A stretch of 64,000 bases of DNA from Peptococcaceae bacterium UBA6116 (GTDB lineage Bacteria > Bacillota > Desulfitobacteriia > Desulfitobacteriales > Syntrophobotulaceae), in contig DIWC01000063.1 in the NCBI GenBank assembly GCA_002423425.1, forward strand, positions 45,909 to 109,908. The letters are read 5' to 3'. Of the stretch, positions 45,561 to 55,832 are shown one piece after another; positions within the stretch are counted from its first letter, which is position 1, and each line of letters starts with the position of its first letter. The notes below the pieces were generated by a model. That model saw only the letters and a list, made by a program, of their open reading frames with translations. It did no database searches and was not told where the DNA came from. A program made the translations under genes and the position numbers.

Positions 45561-45923
45561 TTATTTCAAAGCCTTAGAAATCGCTTCGATAACCCTTTCG
45601 GCCTGGAAAGGTTTGACGATAAAGTCTTTGGCCCCCGATTGGATTGCTTCAATTACCATCGCCTGCTGCCCCATCGCACTGCACATAATAACCCTTGCCT
45701 GGGGATCTTTGATCCTAATTTCTTTTACCGCTTGCAGACCATCCATTTCAGGCATTGTAATATCCATAACGGTAATGTCTGGTTTTAATTCCATATATTT
45801 TTCTACCGCAACCGCACCATTTTCTGCTTCCCCGATAACCTGGTATCCATTATTCGTAAGTATGTCTTTAAGCATCATTCTCATAAAGGCTGCATCATCT
45901 ACAAGCATTACACTATTACCCAC
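45561..45923 (-). CDS. cheY: Chemotaxis response regulator CheY
   Basis: 120 aa receiver domain with DD (VDDAAFMR), phospho-acceptor D (VMDITMPEMDG) and a conserved K (FIVKPF). Confidence 0.95.
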   Translation of the reverse strand: MGNSVMLVDDAAFMRMMLKDILTNNGYQVIGEAENGAVAVEKYMELKPDITVMDITMPEMDGLQAVKEIRIKDPQARVIMCSAMGQQAMVIEAIQSGAKDFIVKPFQAERVIEAISKALK

Positions 45924-45946
45924 TTATTTCTTCCTCCCTAATTCAA

Positions 45947-47122
45947 TTAGTTTAAAGTATCTATTCTCTCATTGGGGTTAACTATCTCAGTAATACGAAT
46001 TCCAAAAGTCTCATTGATAACAACTACCTCGCACTTAGCGATTAGCTTGCCGTTAACAAACATGTCTACGGGTTCTCCGGCCAAACGGTCTAATTCGACG
46101 ACCGAACCAGGTCCTAATTCCAGAATGTCTTTAATTGTCTTGGTTGCTTTTCCCAGTTCGACATTTACCTGGAGCGGAACATCAAATATTAATCCTAAAT
46201 TGCTTGGCAAAGTCTGGGCGCCACCAGGGGATAATTGCGAAAACTGAGCCGGCTCAACAAAAGTCGAGTGTGTTTTATTAAGAAAATTGCTCGCTTGGTT
46301 TGAACCGGGCATCGGAGCCATATACGTATCCTTTGGGGGTTCCCAGCTTAATTCCGGTGGTGCGGGAGGCGCTTGTTGACGTAACTGATGGTATGAATCA
46401 GGCGGGGATAAAGTCCCGGCCGTCTGTCCGATCAGTTTGGAAGCCATACCCTTTGCAACGGACATCGGCAATACTTGAAGGAGTATGCTATCAATAATAC
46501 CTTCGATAATAAGCCTGAAAGATACTCTGATCAAAGGTTCGTCGGAATTCAATTTCTTATTTATCTGAGATATTTCTTCATCAAACTCTGTAACAATAAC
46601 CTCAGGAGGTGTAATATCAACCACAGATTTAAACATCGTAGACATTGATGTAGCTGCTGACCCCATCATTTGGTTCATAGCCTCTGAAATACCACTTATC
46701 TGCATCTCCGTAAGTCCATCCGACTGTACTTTTCCGGTTCCGCCCATCATCAAATCAACAATGACCGAACCGTCTTCCCGGGAGAGAACCAACATATTCG
46801 ATCCTTCAATACCTTTTTTATATTGAACATTAACCAATATATGGGGCACCGGATAATCTTCAAATATTCCTTTGGCTGTAGTTTCGTCAACCGTAGGCGT
46901 TGTTATTTCTACTCTTCTCCCAACCAATTGAGATAAAGTAGTAGCTGCTGTTCCCATAGAAATATTAGCTATCTCACCTAACGTGTCTTTTTCCATTGCT
47001 GTAAGATAAATATCATTTTTTTGCAAAGAAAAGTCGTTGGTATCAGGTACATCTGCGTCCATTGACCCTGATAGCAAAGCATTAATTTCTTCCTGAGACA
47101 GCATTCCGTTAGCCATCATCAT
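45947..47122 (-). CDS. fliY: Flagellar switch protein FliY (CheC-like domain fused to FliN/SpoA domain)
   Basis: 391 aa with the N-terminal CheY-binding LSQEEINALL and CheC-type motifs (LGEIANISMGTAATTLS, ISEAMNQMMGSAATSMS). The C-terminus is FliN-like (VELDRLAGEPVDMFVNGKLIAKCEVVV). The exact ATG among 47122, 47119 and 47116 is uncertain. Confidence 0.9.
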   Translation of the reverse strand: MMMANGMLSQEEINALLSGSMDADVPDTNDFSLQKNDIYLTAMEKDTLGEIANISMGTAATTLSQLVGRRVEITTPTVDETTAKGIFEDYPVPHILVNVQYKKGIEGSNMLVLSREDGSVIVDLMMGGTGKVQSDGLTEMQISGISEAMNQMMGSAATSMSTMFKSVVDITPPEVIVTEFDEEISQINKKLNSDEPLIRVSFRLIIEGIIDSILLQVLPMSVAKGMASKLIGQTAGTLSPPDSYHQLRQQAPPAPPELSWEPPKDTYMAPMPGSNQASNFLNKTHSTFVEPAQFSQLSPGGAQTLPSNLGLIFDVPLQVNVELGKATKTIKDILELGPGSVVELDRLAGEPVDMFVNGKLIAKCEVVVINETFGIRITEIVNPNERIDTLN

Positions 47123-48101
47123 CCCCCCCTTTCGTTAATACATCTGTTATCCTCACTGCCATCTTACTCCCAAACAAACCCGGAACACCTTTAAATTTCA
47201 TAAAATCCCCGACATAAACGGCTAAGGAGTCTTTTATCGGTTGATTTAACTGGATAACATCACCCTGTTCCAACTGAATAAGATCTTGAACTGTAATTTG
47301 TGCTCTGCCGATGGTAACTTTCATCGGTACTTTTGCCCGCTCAATTTTTTTCTTTATTAGTTCTTTTTCCTCTAGAGAGATACTTTTTCCTCCTGATGAA
47401 AAGAGTAACAAATTGTTTAATTTTTCTAAGATTGGTTTCATCACAATATAAGGCAGACAAATATTAATCATACCGGATTGCCCTGCAATTTTTACCTCCA
47501 TCGTGACCACCACAACCATTTCGTTTGGTGCCACAATTTGAGTAAATTGAGAATTTGTCTCCATATCAACCAGTTGGGAATCAACTTTAAAGATTTCTGT
47601 CCAAGCTTCGCCAATCAATTTTATAATCTTACCTAATCTGCTGACAATAATTTTTCTCTCTATTTCTGTCAAATCGCGATTTTTAGCAGGTTCCATTCCT
47701 TGTCCCCCAAGCAGCCTGTCCACCATCATAAAGGCAAGCGAAGGACTTAATTCCAGGAGGGCATTTCCTTCCAAGGGAACCATGCTGAAGATACCAAGAA
47801 TTGTAGGATAAGGTAAGGAACGGGTAAATTCGTCATAGGTAACTTGTTCCGTCGAAAGTACTTTGGCATCTACAGCCGTATGCATGTTCCCCGCCAGAAA
47901 CGTGGCTAAAGCGCGGCAGAAATTTTCGTGAATATTAGATAAAGAGTTAAGTTGTCCTTTCGAAAATTTATTAGGTCTTTTAAAATCATAGACTTTGATT
48001 TTTTGAGGGCTGGACATTTTAATTGTCTCTTCATCAACCGATCCATCAGATATGGCATTAAGTAAAGCATCTATTTCCGCCTGTGATAATACTTCACCCA
48101 T
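47109..48101 (-). CDS. fliM: Flagellar switch protein FliM
   Basis: 330 aa with the N-terminal LSQAEIDALL CheY-P binding motif and the FliM middle domain. Confidence 0.95.
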   Translation of the reverse strand: MGEVLSQAEIDALLNAISDGSVDEETIKMSSPQKIKVYDFKRPNKFSKGQLNSLSNIHENFCRALATFLAGNMHTAVDAKVLSTEQVTYDEFTRSLPYPTILGIFSMVPLEGNALLELSPSLAFMMVDRLLGGQGMEPAKNRDLTEIERKIIVSRLGKIIKLIGEAWTEIFKVDSQLVDMETNSQFTQIVAPNEMVVVVTMEVKIAGQSGMINICLPYIVMKPILEKLNNLLLFSSGGKSISLEEKELIKKKIERAKVPMKVTIGRAQITVQDLIQLEQGDVIQLNQPIKDSLAVYVGDFMKFKGVPGLFGSKMAVRITDVLTKGGDDDG

Positions 48102-48132
48102 CCATCAAATCCCTCCTTTGCGAACCTAATGC

Positions 48133-48576
48133 CTAAATTGAATAGATAAAACTCTTAAATAATACGTCTTTTATTTTATCTTCACATACTTTATTTAACT
48201 CTGTAACGAGTTCTTTTTTTAAATTCTCCCGTCCTTGAGGGTCGCGGATATCATCAATCCCTTTAGAACCTAGCACGGAAATAATACGGTCACGCAGAAA
48301 TATTTCTTTGGCAGTAATTTTTCCCTCCGATTTTTTATCGACTCCTTCAAGAGTAATTTCGGTTCTAATCATTCCTCCCCCTTCAAGATTAACGATAAAT
48401 TCCTTAAGTTCTATAAAGGGTCCTATTTCCTCCGCTGCCTTTTTTGATGACGCCGTTTTATCATTGTTTACTGGAAAAATTTTGGCTTTCAGAAATGTTC
48501 CTCCCACCCCTGCTCCGGCGCCAACTAGAAAAATAACTAAGAATACTAAAATTTTCTTACTAAAGGCTATTTTCAT
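48133..48576 (-). CDS. fliL: Flagellar basal body-associated protein FliL
   Basis: 147 aa with a single N-terminal TM helix and FliL-type periplasmic/extracytoplasmic domain sequence (FIVNLEGGGMIRTEITLE). Confidence 0.85.
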   Translation of the reverse strand: MKIAFSKKILVFLVIFLVGAGAGVGGTFLKAKIFPVNNDKTASSKKAAEEIGPFIELKEFIVNLEGGGMIRTEITLEGVDKKSEGKITAKEIFLRDRIISVLGSKGIDDIRDPQGRENLKKELVTELNKVCEDKIKDVLFKSFIYSI

Positions 48577-48781
48577 CTACAAATTTTCCTCCTATGTATT
48601 CTGGATGACAACACCGGCGGAAGGCTGCAATGCGTTCCATAATTTCTTCAATGGGCTCCTTAACTACATACTTTTTCTCATTGGTCAGTGTTATCACTGT
48701 ATCCGGCGTAGCCTCCAAAGTCTCGATCAAATCAGAATTTATCGTAAATTGCTTGTTATTCAGTCTGGTTACATAAATCAC
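48560..48781 (-). CDS. flbD: Flagellar protein FlbD
   Basis: 73 aa. MIYVTRLNNKQFTINSDLIETLEATPDTVITL is the characteristic FlbD sequence. Confidence 0.88.
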   Translation of the reverse strand: MIYVTRLNNKQFTINSDLIETLEATPDTVITLTNEKKYVVKEPIEEIMERIAAFRRCCHPEYIGGKFVDENSL

Positions 48782-48812
48782 AGCTAAGCCTCCTGTCTTC
48801 GGGATACAGTTA

Positions 48813-49247
48813 TTATCGTCTCCAGCCCGTTCGGCTTTGAGCTATCTCATCAATTGCCTTCTGTTCTTTTTTTAATTCTAGTATGGAATACAGCTTCATT
48901 TTTTTTCCTTTGAGTCTTTTATATTTCTCCACTTTGATTCGGCATTCTCGGAGCTTTTCCCTGTAATCAGCAACAATTTTTTGCTGTTTTTCTACTTCTT
49001 TTTGCAATTTTAAAAGTTTTTCGTTTTGTTCTCCAGCATATTTTTGCCAGATGCTTATATTTACAGGTTCTTCCAGACAGGCCCTTTTTTGTCCTTCCAA
49101 TGCTCTTGTCAGAAGGCGAGACTGGCTGTCTCTTAGCTCAGAGACATTTAACAGTATTCTCGTTTCCTGAGCCAGTAAACCCTGAGCTATTTTCAATTCC
49201 TGGTCAGCTAAATTCAAGCTGGTCTCCAAACGAAACTTGAAAGACAT
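48813..49247 (-). CDS. fliJ: Flagellar export chaperone FliJ
   Basis: 144 aa coiled coil. The ATG overlaps the fliI stop by 1 nt (TAATG), which is the canonical position after fliI. Confidence 0.72.
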   Translation of the reverse strand: MSFKFRLETSLNLADQELKIAQGLLAQETRILLNVSELRDSQSRLLTRALEGQKRACLEEPVNISIWQKYAGEQNEKLLKLQKEVEKQQKIVADYREKLRECRIKVEKYKRLKGKKMKLYSILELKKEQKAIDEIAQSRTGWRR

Positions 49248-50560
49248 TAATTATCTTCCTCTTGGAAAATTTTTTTCATTGCTTCCTTCATTTCCGAAAA
49301 AGTAAACTCTTCATTAACCTTTTGGCAAAGGAATTCTTGTATTCTGTCAATGTGGCTAACAGCTTGATCTATTTTAAGATTGCTGCCCTTAACATATGCT
49401 CCGATATCGATCAAATCCTTGGCATCGTAATAAACAGCTAAATGTTCACGGATATTTCCTGCCATAGCCTTGATTTGAGGATCAGCCACGTCACTCATCA
49501 ATCTGCTGACGGACTGTAAAATATCTATCGATGGATAATGATTTTTGGATGCTAATTCCCTGGAAAGAACAACATGTCCATCCAAGATCCCTCTTACAGC
49601 ATCAGCGATAGGCTCATTATGATCATCTCCATCGACCAGTACACTATAAATACCGGTAATACTACCCTTCTCGGACATCCCGACTCTCTCTAATAGTTTA
49701 GGCAATAAAGCGAAGACGGAAGGAGGATATCCTCTGGTAGCGGGAGGCTCTCCAACAGTTAGTCCTATTTCTCTCTGGGCCATGGCAAACCTAGTGACAG
49801 AATCCATCATAAAAAGCACATTTTTACCTTCGTCTCTGAAATATTCGGCGATAGCCGTCGCTGTAAAAGCGGCTTTAAATCTTACAAGGGCAGGCTGGTC
49901 GGATGTAGCAACGACAATTACGGAATGGGAAAATCCTTCTTCGCCCAAGTCTTTTTCCATAAAATCGCGTAGTTCCCGTCCCCTTTCTCCTACTAAAGCA
50001 ATGACGTTAACGTCGGCTTCGGTATTTCTGGCTATCATACCAAGAAGGGTACTTTTACCCACTCCTGAACCTGCAAAAATACCCATTCTTTGACCCCTTC
50101 CCAATGTCAGCAAGCCGTCAATTGCTCTTACTCCCATATTCAGCGGTTCTCTGATCCGCGGCCGGAGCAGCGCGCTCGGCGGATTATTGTGCAGAGGGTA
50201 AGCTTTGTCTGTGACTAAGGTTCTGCCATCAAGCGGCTGCCCAAGTCCATCAAGAACCCTTCCCAAGAGAGCAGGACCAACCTTGACCGTAAGCTTTTCT
50301 CTCTGAGGAATAACTCTATCCCCAGGACCAACTCCTTCGAGGTCTCCCAACGGCATAAGCAAGGTCTTGGGACCTCTGAAACCGACAACTTCAGCGGGGA
50401 TTCCGTCGGAGTGCGAAGATAATATCCGGCAGTATCTACCGACACTTACCCTCGGGCCGTCTGCCTCCACCATAAGGCCGGCTATCCTGGATACTAACCC
50501 TTGCGCTGAAACAGGCTCAAATAAATCAATCTTCTTCGCTAAAGCCGTCCAGTCTTGCAT
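49247..50560 (-). CDS. fliI: Flagellum-specific ATPase FliI
   Basis: 437 aa with Walker A GSGVGKST and Walker B LFMMDSVTR. Confidence 0.97.
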   Translation of the reverse strand: MQDWTALAKKIDLFEPVSAQGLVSRIAGLMVEADGPRVSVGRYCRILSSHSDGIPAEVVGFRGPKTLLMPLGDLEGVGPGDRVIPQREKLTVKVGPALLGRVLDGLGQPLDGRTLVTDKAYPLHNNPPSALLRPRIREPLNMGVRAIDGLLTLGRGQRMGIFAGSGVGKSTLLGMIARNTEADVNVIALVGERGRELRDFMEKDLGEEGFSHSVIVVATSDQPALVRFKAAFTATAIAEYFRDEGKNVLFMMDSVTRFAMAQREIGLTVGEPPATRGYPPSVFALLPKLLERVGMSEKGSITGIYSVLVDGDDHNEPIADAVRGILDGHVVLSRELASKNHYPSIDILQSVSRLMSDVADPQIKAMAGNIREHLAVYYDAKDLIDIGAYVKGSNLKIDQAVSHIDRIQEFLCQKVNEEFTFSEMKEAMKKIFQEEDN

Positions 50561-51317
50561 ACTGAAACTCCTCTACCAAATAATCACCCATTTTTTCCAA
50601 TTGTGAATCGATTCTAGCATCAAATTCACCTTCGGAGCATTCTATAAAAGTATCGCCCGCTCTTAGTGATTCATCAATAATCACAGGATAAGGGGGTTTA
50701 TCTTCCACCGGCAGTACCTTGTACCATTCCCAGTCCCTGCTTGATAAATGAATCCTGATTCCCTCTTTTTCCTGAGGCATTAAGGTTAGCTTTCTAATGA
50801 CATTTAACAGTTTCTCCGGGTTAACATGCAAAGCAGTGTGCAGTACTTTCTCGCAGATCTTTAGACAAAGGCCGATCAATTCCCTGTCGACTTTATGAAA
50901 CTCATCTACTAATGCTGTTTGCGCCAATTCCAGGTATGCTTTCGACTGCTCCCTAATCCTGTCTGCTTCCCCCTGTGCTTCCGCCAGACCCTTAGCATAG
51001 CCCTCGGCTTGAGCAAGCGGAAGAATTTCGTTTCTAACATCTTCCTTTAAATCATTTCTGATGATTTCATTTTCTTGTAACGCAGACTGCAGTATTTCTT
51101 CAGCTTTCTTTCTTGCTTCAGCAATAATATTATCAGCTTCAATTCGGGCTTGAACCTCTCTCTCTTCAGCAACATGAAACTCAGGCAATTCCGTAACTTT
51201 TCCGATATAACCTTTCTTTAGATATTCATTCTCCAATCGGGGGGATTCCAATAACCTGGGAGAGATAATCTCAACTACAGTATTTTTGATAATCGAAGTT
51301 CTAGTAGATAATTTCAT
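50526..51317 (-). CDS. fliH: Flagellar assembly protein FliH
   Basis: About 263 aa with a charged coiled-coil N-half, positioned between fliG and fliI. The ATG at 51317 follows AGGGGTGG. Confidence 0.75.
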   Translation of the reverse strand: MKLSTRTSIIKNTVVEIISPRLLESPRLENEYLKKGYIGKVTELPEFHVAEEREVQARIEADNIIAEARKKAEEILQSALQENEIIRNDLKEDVRNEILPLAQAEGYAKGLAEAQGEADRIREQSKAYLELAQTALVDEFHKVDRELIGLCLKICEKVLHTALHVNPEKLLNVIRKLTLMPQEKEGIRIHLSSRDWEWYKVLPVEDKPPYPVIIDESLRAGDTFIECSEGEFDARIDSQLEKMGDYLVEEFQYARLDGFSEED

Positions 51318-52320
51318 CAGCACCACCCCTGGCTAGAATTATAGCCCCTGCTTCTTCCAATTTGCGAATGACTTTAACAATCTTCTGCTGTGCTTCTTCC
51401 ACCTCGCGCAATCTGACTGGGCCCATGAACTGCATATCTTCTTTCAACATGGAGGCTGCCCTGCTCGACATATTTTCGAGAATTTTATTGGATACTTCTT
51501 CATTCGTTCCTTTCAGAGCTAAAGCCAGATCTTTGGTTTCAATTTCACGCAGTACAAGCTGGATTCCGCGGTTATCAAGAACAACAATATCTTCAAAGAC
51601 AAACATCTGCCTTTTAATCTGTTCCGCAAGATCAGGATCGTCCATATCGAGGGCATCCATAACAACTTTCAAGGTTCCAGGATCGGTTCTGTTCAATATA
51701 TCGACAACCGTCTGCATTCCACCCGAAGCTGTAAAGTCAGTGGGAACAAGGTTAGATATTTTATTTTCTAGGACTTTTTCTATCTCTTGAAGAATTTCCG
51801 GACTGGTTCTTCCCATTAAAGCAATTCTTTTGGTCACCTCTGCTTGAATTTCTTGAGGCAAACTGGCTAAAAGTGTCGCCGATTTATCCGAAGGAAGATG
51901 AGTCATGATAAGAGCAATCGTCTGAGGATGTTCCCCTTGTATAAAAGAAAATAACTGCTTGGGATCGGTGCGGCGGACAATATCAAAAGGCCTCATTTTT
52001 AAAGAAGAAGATAAACGGCCTATAATATCAAAAGCCCTACTTTCCCCTAGCGCTCTTTCCAATACTTCTCTGGCATATTCAATACCGCCTTGGGCTATAT
52101 AGTTACTGGCCAGACACATCTTATGAAATTCATCAATTACAGAATCTCTTTGTTCCTCGGACACCTTACGCAGATTGGCCATTTCTAGAGTTAGCTGCTC
52201 AATCTCCGGTTCAGAGAGATATTTAATAACTTCAGCCGACCTTTCCGGTCCAAGGCTGATAAATAAGACTGCTGCTTTCTGTAGTCCCTTTAACCCTAAT
52301 CCCTTTAACATTTCAGCCAT
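51301..52320 (-). CDS. fliG: Flagellar motor switch protein FliG
   Basis: 339 aa with GLQKAAVLFISLGPE and the C-terminal torque helix region (MSSRAASMLKEDM). Confidence 0.96.
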   Translation of the reverse strand: MAEMLKGLGLKGLQKAAVLFISLGPERSAEVIKYLSEPEIEQLTLEMANLRKVSEEQRDSVIDEFHKMCLASNYIAQGGIEYAREVLERALGESRAFDIIGRLSSSLKMRPFDIVRRTDPKQLFSFIQGEHPQTIALIMTHLPSDKSATLLASLPQEIQAEVTKRIALMGRTSPEILQEIEKVLENKISNLVPTDFTASGGMQTVVDILNRTDPGTLKVVMDALDMDDPDLAEQIKRQMFVFEDIVVLDNRGIQLVLREIETKDLALALKGTNEEVSNKILENMSSRAASMLKEDMQFMGPVRLREVEEAQQKIVKVIRKLEEAGAIILARGGADEIIY

Positions 52321-52325
52321 GCTTA

Positions 52326-53921
52326 CTACTCCTCTGTCAACCAGGTTTTGACCAGTCTCGCAACGTCATCGGGATTTTGTTTAGCGTATTTTTCGACTTC
52401 TTGGCGAACTTTTTCTTTTTCGATTTCATCCGAAGACTTTACTTTCTTACGGGCAAGTTTCAGATCCGCAACTCGTTCAGCTTCTAACTGTGAAGCTAAG
52501 ATCTGTTCAGCCTCTTCAAGTGTAACCAGTTTCTGTGCCACCGAAATATCTATCCCTTCTAAACGGTTTTTCTTTTTTGATCCAAATCTTAAGAGAAAAA
52601 CAAGAGCAATAATCGCTGCCAAAACACCTACTCCAATTTGACCGTAAAACAACAGCTGTTCCTTACGTGCCGCTTCTTCCATGGCTGCTTTTTCTTCGAG
52701 CTGTGTGGTTTTGTTAAACGGCAATCTTGCGACTTGAACCAGGTCCCCGCGGTTTGTATCGCTCCCAATAGCCGAAGATACAATCCCGTTAATATCAGTG
52801 AGTTGTTGCTGGGTAATACTGTCGGAATCAGCTAAAACGGAAACAGTAAGACGTTTAATCTGACCAGGACTTACTATGGTTTCCTGCTGAGTGACACTCG
52901 GTTGAAAGGCCTCCGAGGTGCTTGTTTTCTCTGAGGTGGATGTAGTACCGTTTTGGCTGGTAACAGGATATCCGGGAACATTTGTTGTCGTACCTGGAAC
53001 ACCGCCGTTTGCCGATGTATTGCTGCTTTTTTCAGTAGTTTGCTGGCGGCTGGTGACTGCTCCGTCCACATTTGTTTGACTGGTGATCTTTTTTTGATTA
53101 AAATCAAGAGCCGCGCTTACTCTAACAATTGTCGTTCCTGCACCGAATACTTTATCGAGCATCGATTGTACCGACTTCAGAAGATTGTTCTCCACGGCCT
53201 GTTGAACCTGAAGTTGGTTGGCTGTTAACTTTTGCGGGGAACCGCTGCTGCCAAGTACGTCAGATAAAACATTACCGTCGGTATCGGCTATCGTAACCTT
53301 ATCCGTAGTTAATCCTTCTACGGAGTAAGCTAAGAGATTAGCAACCGCTCTAACTTGACTCTCGCTCAACTCCGGACCGTACTTTCTTTTAACTGTAACC
53401 GCAGCAGTTGTATCTTTCTGTTGATCGGAAAATAAAGATTGCTCGGGCATAACGATATGAACCCTCGCATATTCTATTCCATCCATCGTCCCTATTGTTT
53501 GTTCCAATTCATTCTGTAAGCCAAGAATATACCTAAGCCTGCGGTCGGCTTCCGTTTCTCCGATTCTGGTCTGATTAAGATAGTCAAAACTAAAAGTGCT
53601 CTGGGCAGGTAACCCGGCATTTGCCAATTCAAGCCTGACTTCGGAAACATCTTTTTGCGGAACTTGAATAGTTGCACCGTTATCCGCCAATTGATAAGTT
53701 ACTTTTAATTCCTTAAGTTTCGCAGTGATAGCTCCGGCCTGATTAGTCTGCAATTTGGTAAACAGATCCACATATTGGGGGCGGCTGGCCCAAAAAATAA
53801 GGGTCAGAAGAGTAATGGCAACAATGAGCGGCATCACCACTAAAAGTACCTTCTGCGGGTGAGTCAGTTTCTTCCAGAAATTTTGTAAGGAATTGATTAT
53901 TTCAGCTAAGGAAAAATTCAA
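52326..53921 (-). CDS. fliF: Flagellar MS-ring protein FliF
   Basis: 531 aa with N- and C-proximal TM helices flanking a large ring-building domain (ARVHIVMPEQSLF). Confidence 0.95.
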   Translation of the reverse strand: MNFSLAEIINSLQNFWKKLTHPQKVLLVVMPLIVAITLLTLIFWASRPQYVDLFTKLQTNQAGAITAKLKELKVTYQLADNGATIQVPQKDVSEVRLELANAGLPAQSTFSFDYLNQTRIGETEADRRLRYILGLQNELEQTIGTMDGIEYARVHIVMPEQSLFSDQQKDTTAAVTVKRKYGPELSESQVRAVANLLAYSVEGLTTDKVTIADTDGNVLSDVLGSSGSPQKLTANQLQVQQAVENNLLKSVQSMLDKVFGAGTTIVRVSAALDFNQKKITSQTNVDGAVTSRQQTTEKSSNTSANGGVPGTTTNVPGYPVTSQNGTTSTSEKTSTSEAFQPSVTQQETIVSPGQIKRLTVSVLADSDSITQQQLTDINGIVSSAIGSDTNRGDLVQVARLPFNKTTQLEEKAAMEEAARKEQLLFYGQIGVGVLAAIIALVFLLRFGSKKKNRLEGIDISVAQKLVTLEEAEQILASQLEAERVADLKLARKKVKSSDEIEKEKVRQEVEKYAKQNPDDVARLVKTWLTEE

Positions 53922-53941
53922 CTAGTTCTCCCCCCGGGAAG

Positions 53942-54253
53942 TTATATTTGCATCCGCATTATTTCATGATAAGCATCCAGAACCTTGTTACGTACATCTA
54001 CCGCCAAACCCAAAGCTAAATTGGCCTTTTCCATAGCAATGATCGGGGTATGGAAATCATCGGTCTGACCAGTTACTAAAGCAACCGCGGCCTGATCTGC
54101 TTCTTGTTGGGTCTTATCGAGCCCGTTCAAAGCTTCTTTAAGAAAGGAAGAAAAGTCGGTCCCCTCTCCAAGATTTGCTGCCTTCGCCTTTTCTATATTT
54201 CCTAAAGGAGCAAGGGGTGCTATGGAGGCTAGCGGGACAATTGGATTACTCAT
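53942..54253 (-). CDS. fliE: Flagellar hook-basal body protein FliE
   Basis: 103 aa with the C-terminal AMEKANLALGLAVDVRNKVLDAYHEIMRMQI. Confidence 0.92.
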   Translation of the reverse strand: MSNPIVPLASIAPLAPLGNIEKAKAANLGEGTDFSSFLKEALNGLDKTQQEADQAAVALVTGQTDDFHTPIIAMEKANLALGLAVDVRNKVLDAYHEIMRMQI

Positions 54254-54259
54254 TTTTTA

Positions 54260-54742
54260 TTACCCCTTTCCGATTTCCAGTGCCTTTGATGCCATTGTCT
54301 TACTGGCATTAAGCACCGTTACGTTAGCCTCATACGATCTTGAAGCCGAAATCATGTCGGTCATTTCTTCGACAAGGGTAACATTAGGATAACGGACATA
54401 GCCTACAGGGATTCCTTGTTCGGCAACCTTCGCGGCATCAGGCGAGTTAGGGTCATATTCCAAACGAAATGGAGTGCCACCCTCAATCACATTGGTCACT
54501 TGAACACCCTCGCTGCTTAACTCCTGTTGCGCGCCCTGGAACAAAGAAGCGAAACTTGTTTCAGGAGAACGGACAGAGAAGACAGCAAGCTCCCGGCTAT
54601 AAGGAATTGGATTTCCACTACTGGTAGTTTTCCCGGTATTGGTGGTGTTGATATTTGCGACGTTATTGGCTATAAGGTCAAGCCGTAATTTTTGGGCTGT
54701 TAGAGCCGATGAGCTAATATTCATACCCGTAAATAAACCCAT
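54260..54742 (-). CDS. flgC: Flagellar basal-body rod protein FlgC
   Basis: 160 aa with ISSSALTAQKLRLDLIANNVANINTT...PYSRE and the C-terminal NVTLVEEMTDMISASRSYEANV. Confidence 0.94.
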   Translation of the reverse strand: MGLFTGMNISSSALTAQKLRLDLIANNVANINTTNTGKTTSSGNPIPYSRELAVFSVRSPETSFASLFQGAQQELSSEGVQVTNVIEGGTPFRLEYDPNSPDAAKVAEQGIPVGYVRYPNVTLVEEMTDMISASRSYEANVTVLNASKTMASKALEIGKG

Positions 54743-54746
54743 AAAA

Positions 54747-55832
54747 CTACCTCCTTTTTACACATTCCGTGATTGTCTTCCCGATATCCTGAAGCAACTC
54801 GATTCTATCAGCTAACCCCGCTTCAATAACGGCGCGGGGCATCCCGTAAACAACACAGGTTTTTTCCGATTCGGCAATTGCAAAAGCTCCTTGAGCTTTA
54901 AGCTCTTTCAGCCCATGCAGCCCATCGTTACCCATGCCGGTCATGACCACTCCCAGTACCCCTGCTCCGGCTTCTTTGGCTAAAGACATGAACATGATGT
55001 CCACGGATGGTTTATATAATGTGGCAATTGGCGTATCGACCCCGATATGGGCCACAAAGCCGTATCCACTTTTCTTGAGCTGATATTGTTTGCCCGCTTG
55101 CCCAATATAGACTGTCCCTGCTTTTAAAGTTTCTCCGTCCTCAACTTCTTTGACGCTCACTTGACAAAGGCTATTTAATCTAGCAGCTAAAGATGCAGTA
55201 AACCCAGCAGGCATATGTTGGGCAACCATCACCGGAACAGGAAAATCTTTGGGAAGTTGAGTTAAAACCGTCTGCAGCGCACTGGGCCCGCCGGTGGAAA
55301 CACCTATTGCCACTATTTCTATCCTGTTGCGGGGAATAGTTCCAGGCGATTCGAACCTTCTAATTTTACTGGTGCTGGTTGATTGTAAAGCTGATTCCCT
55401 TTTGCTTAATAGTGATAAATTACTTCCCGCTACGCTTTTAACCTTAAGAATTAAATCTTGGGCTAAAGTTGTTAAGTCATTTCCTTCTTGGCCTGACGGT
55501 TTTGCTACTACTTCGACAGCGCCTAAATCAAAAGCCTTCATTGTTAATTTAGCGCCGTCGATAGTAACTGCACTCAGAACAATGACCGGAGTAGGCTGCC
55601 AACGCATGATTTCTTCCAACGCCTGAATCCCATTCATTACAGGCATTTCAACATCCATGGTTACAACATCCGGCTTGAGTGCTTGAACCTTCATTACTCC
55701 TTCTCGTCCATCCCGGGCAATATCGGCAACAACAATTTCCGGATCGAGGGAAAGTATCTTTTTTAAAGACATCCGAATGAAAGGAGAATCGTCAACGATC
55801 AAAACTCTTATCTGTCTAGGCGGTCTGCTCAT
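54747..55832 (-). CDS. cheB: Chemotaxis methylesterase/response regulator CheB
   Basis: 361 aa with a receiver domain (RVLIVDDSPFIR, MDVEMPVMNG) and an esterase domain (GVSTGGPSAL, GMGNDG). Confidence 0.95.
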   Translation of the reverse strand: MSRPPRQIRVLIVDDSPFIRMSLKKILSLDPEIVVADIARDGREGVMKVQALKPDVVTMDVEMPVMNGIQALEEIMRWQPTPVIVLSAVTIDGAKLTMKAFDLGAVEVVAKPSGQEGNDLTTLAQDLILKVKSVAGSNLSLLSKRESALQSTSTSKIRRFESPGTIPRNRIEIVAIGVSTGGPSALQTVLTQLPKDFPVPVMVAQHMPAGFTASLAARLNSLCQVSVKEVEDGETLKAGTVYIGQAGKQYQLKKSGYGFVAHIGVDTPIATLYKPSVDIMFMSLAKEAGAGVLGVVMTGMGNDGLHGLKELKAQGAFAIAESEKTCVVYGMPRAVIEAGLADRIELLQDIGKTITECVKRR

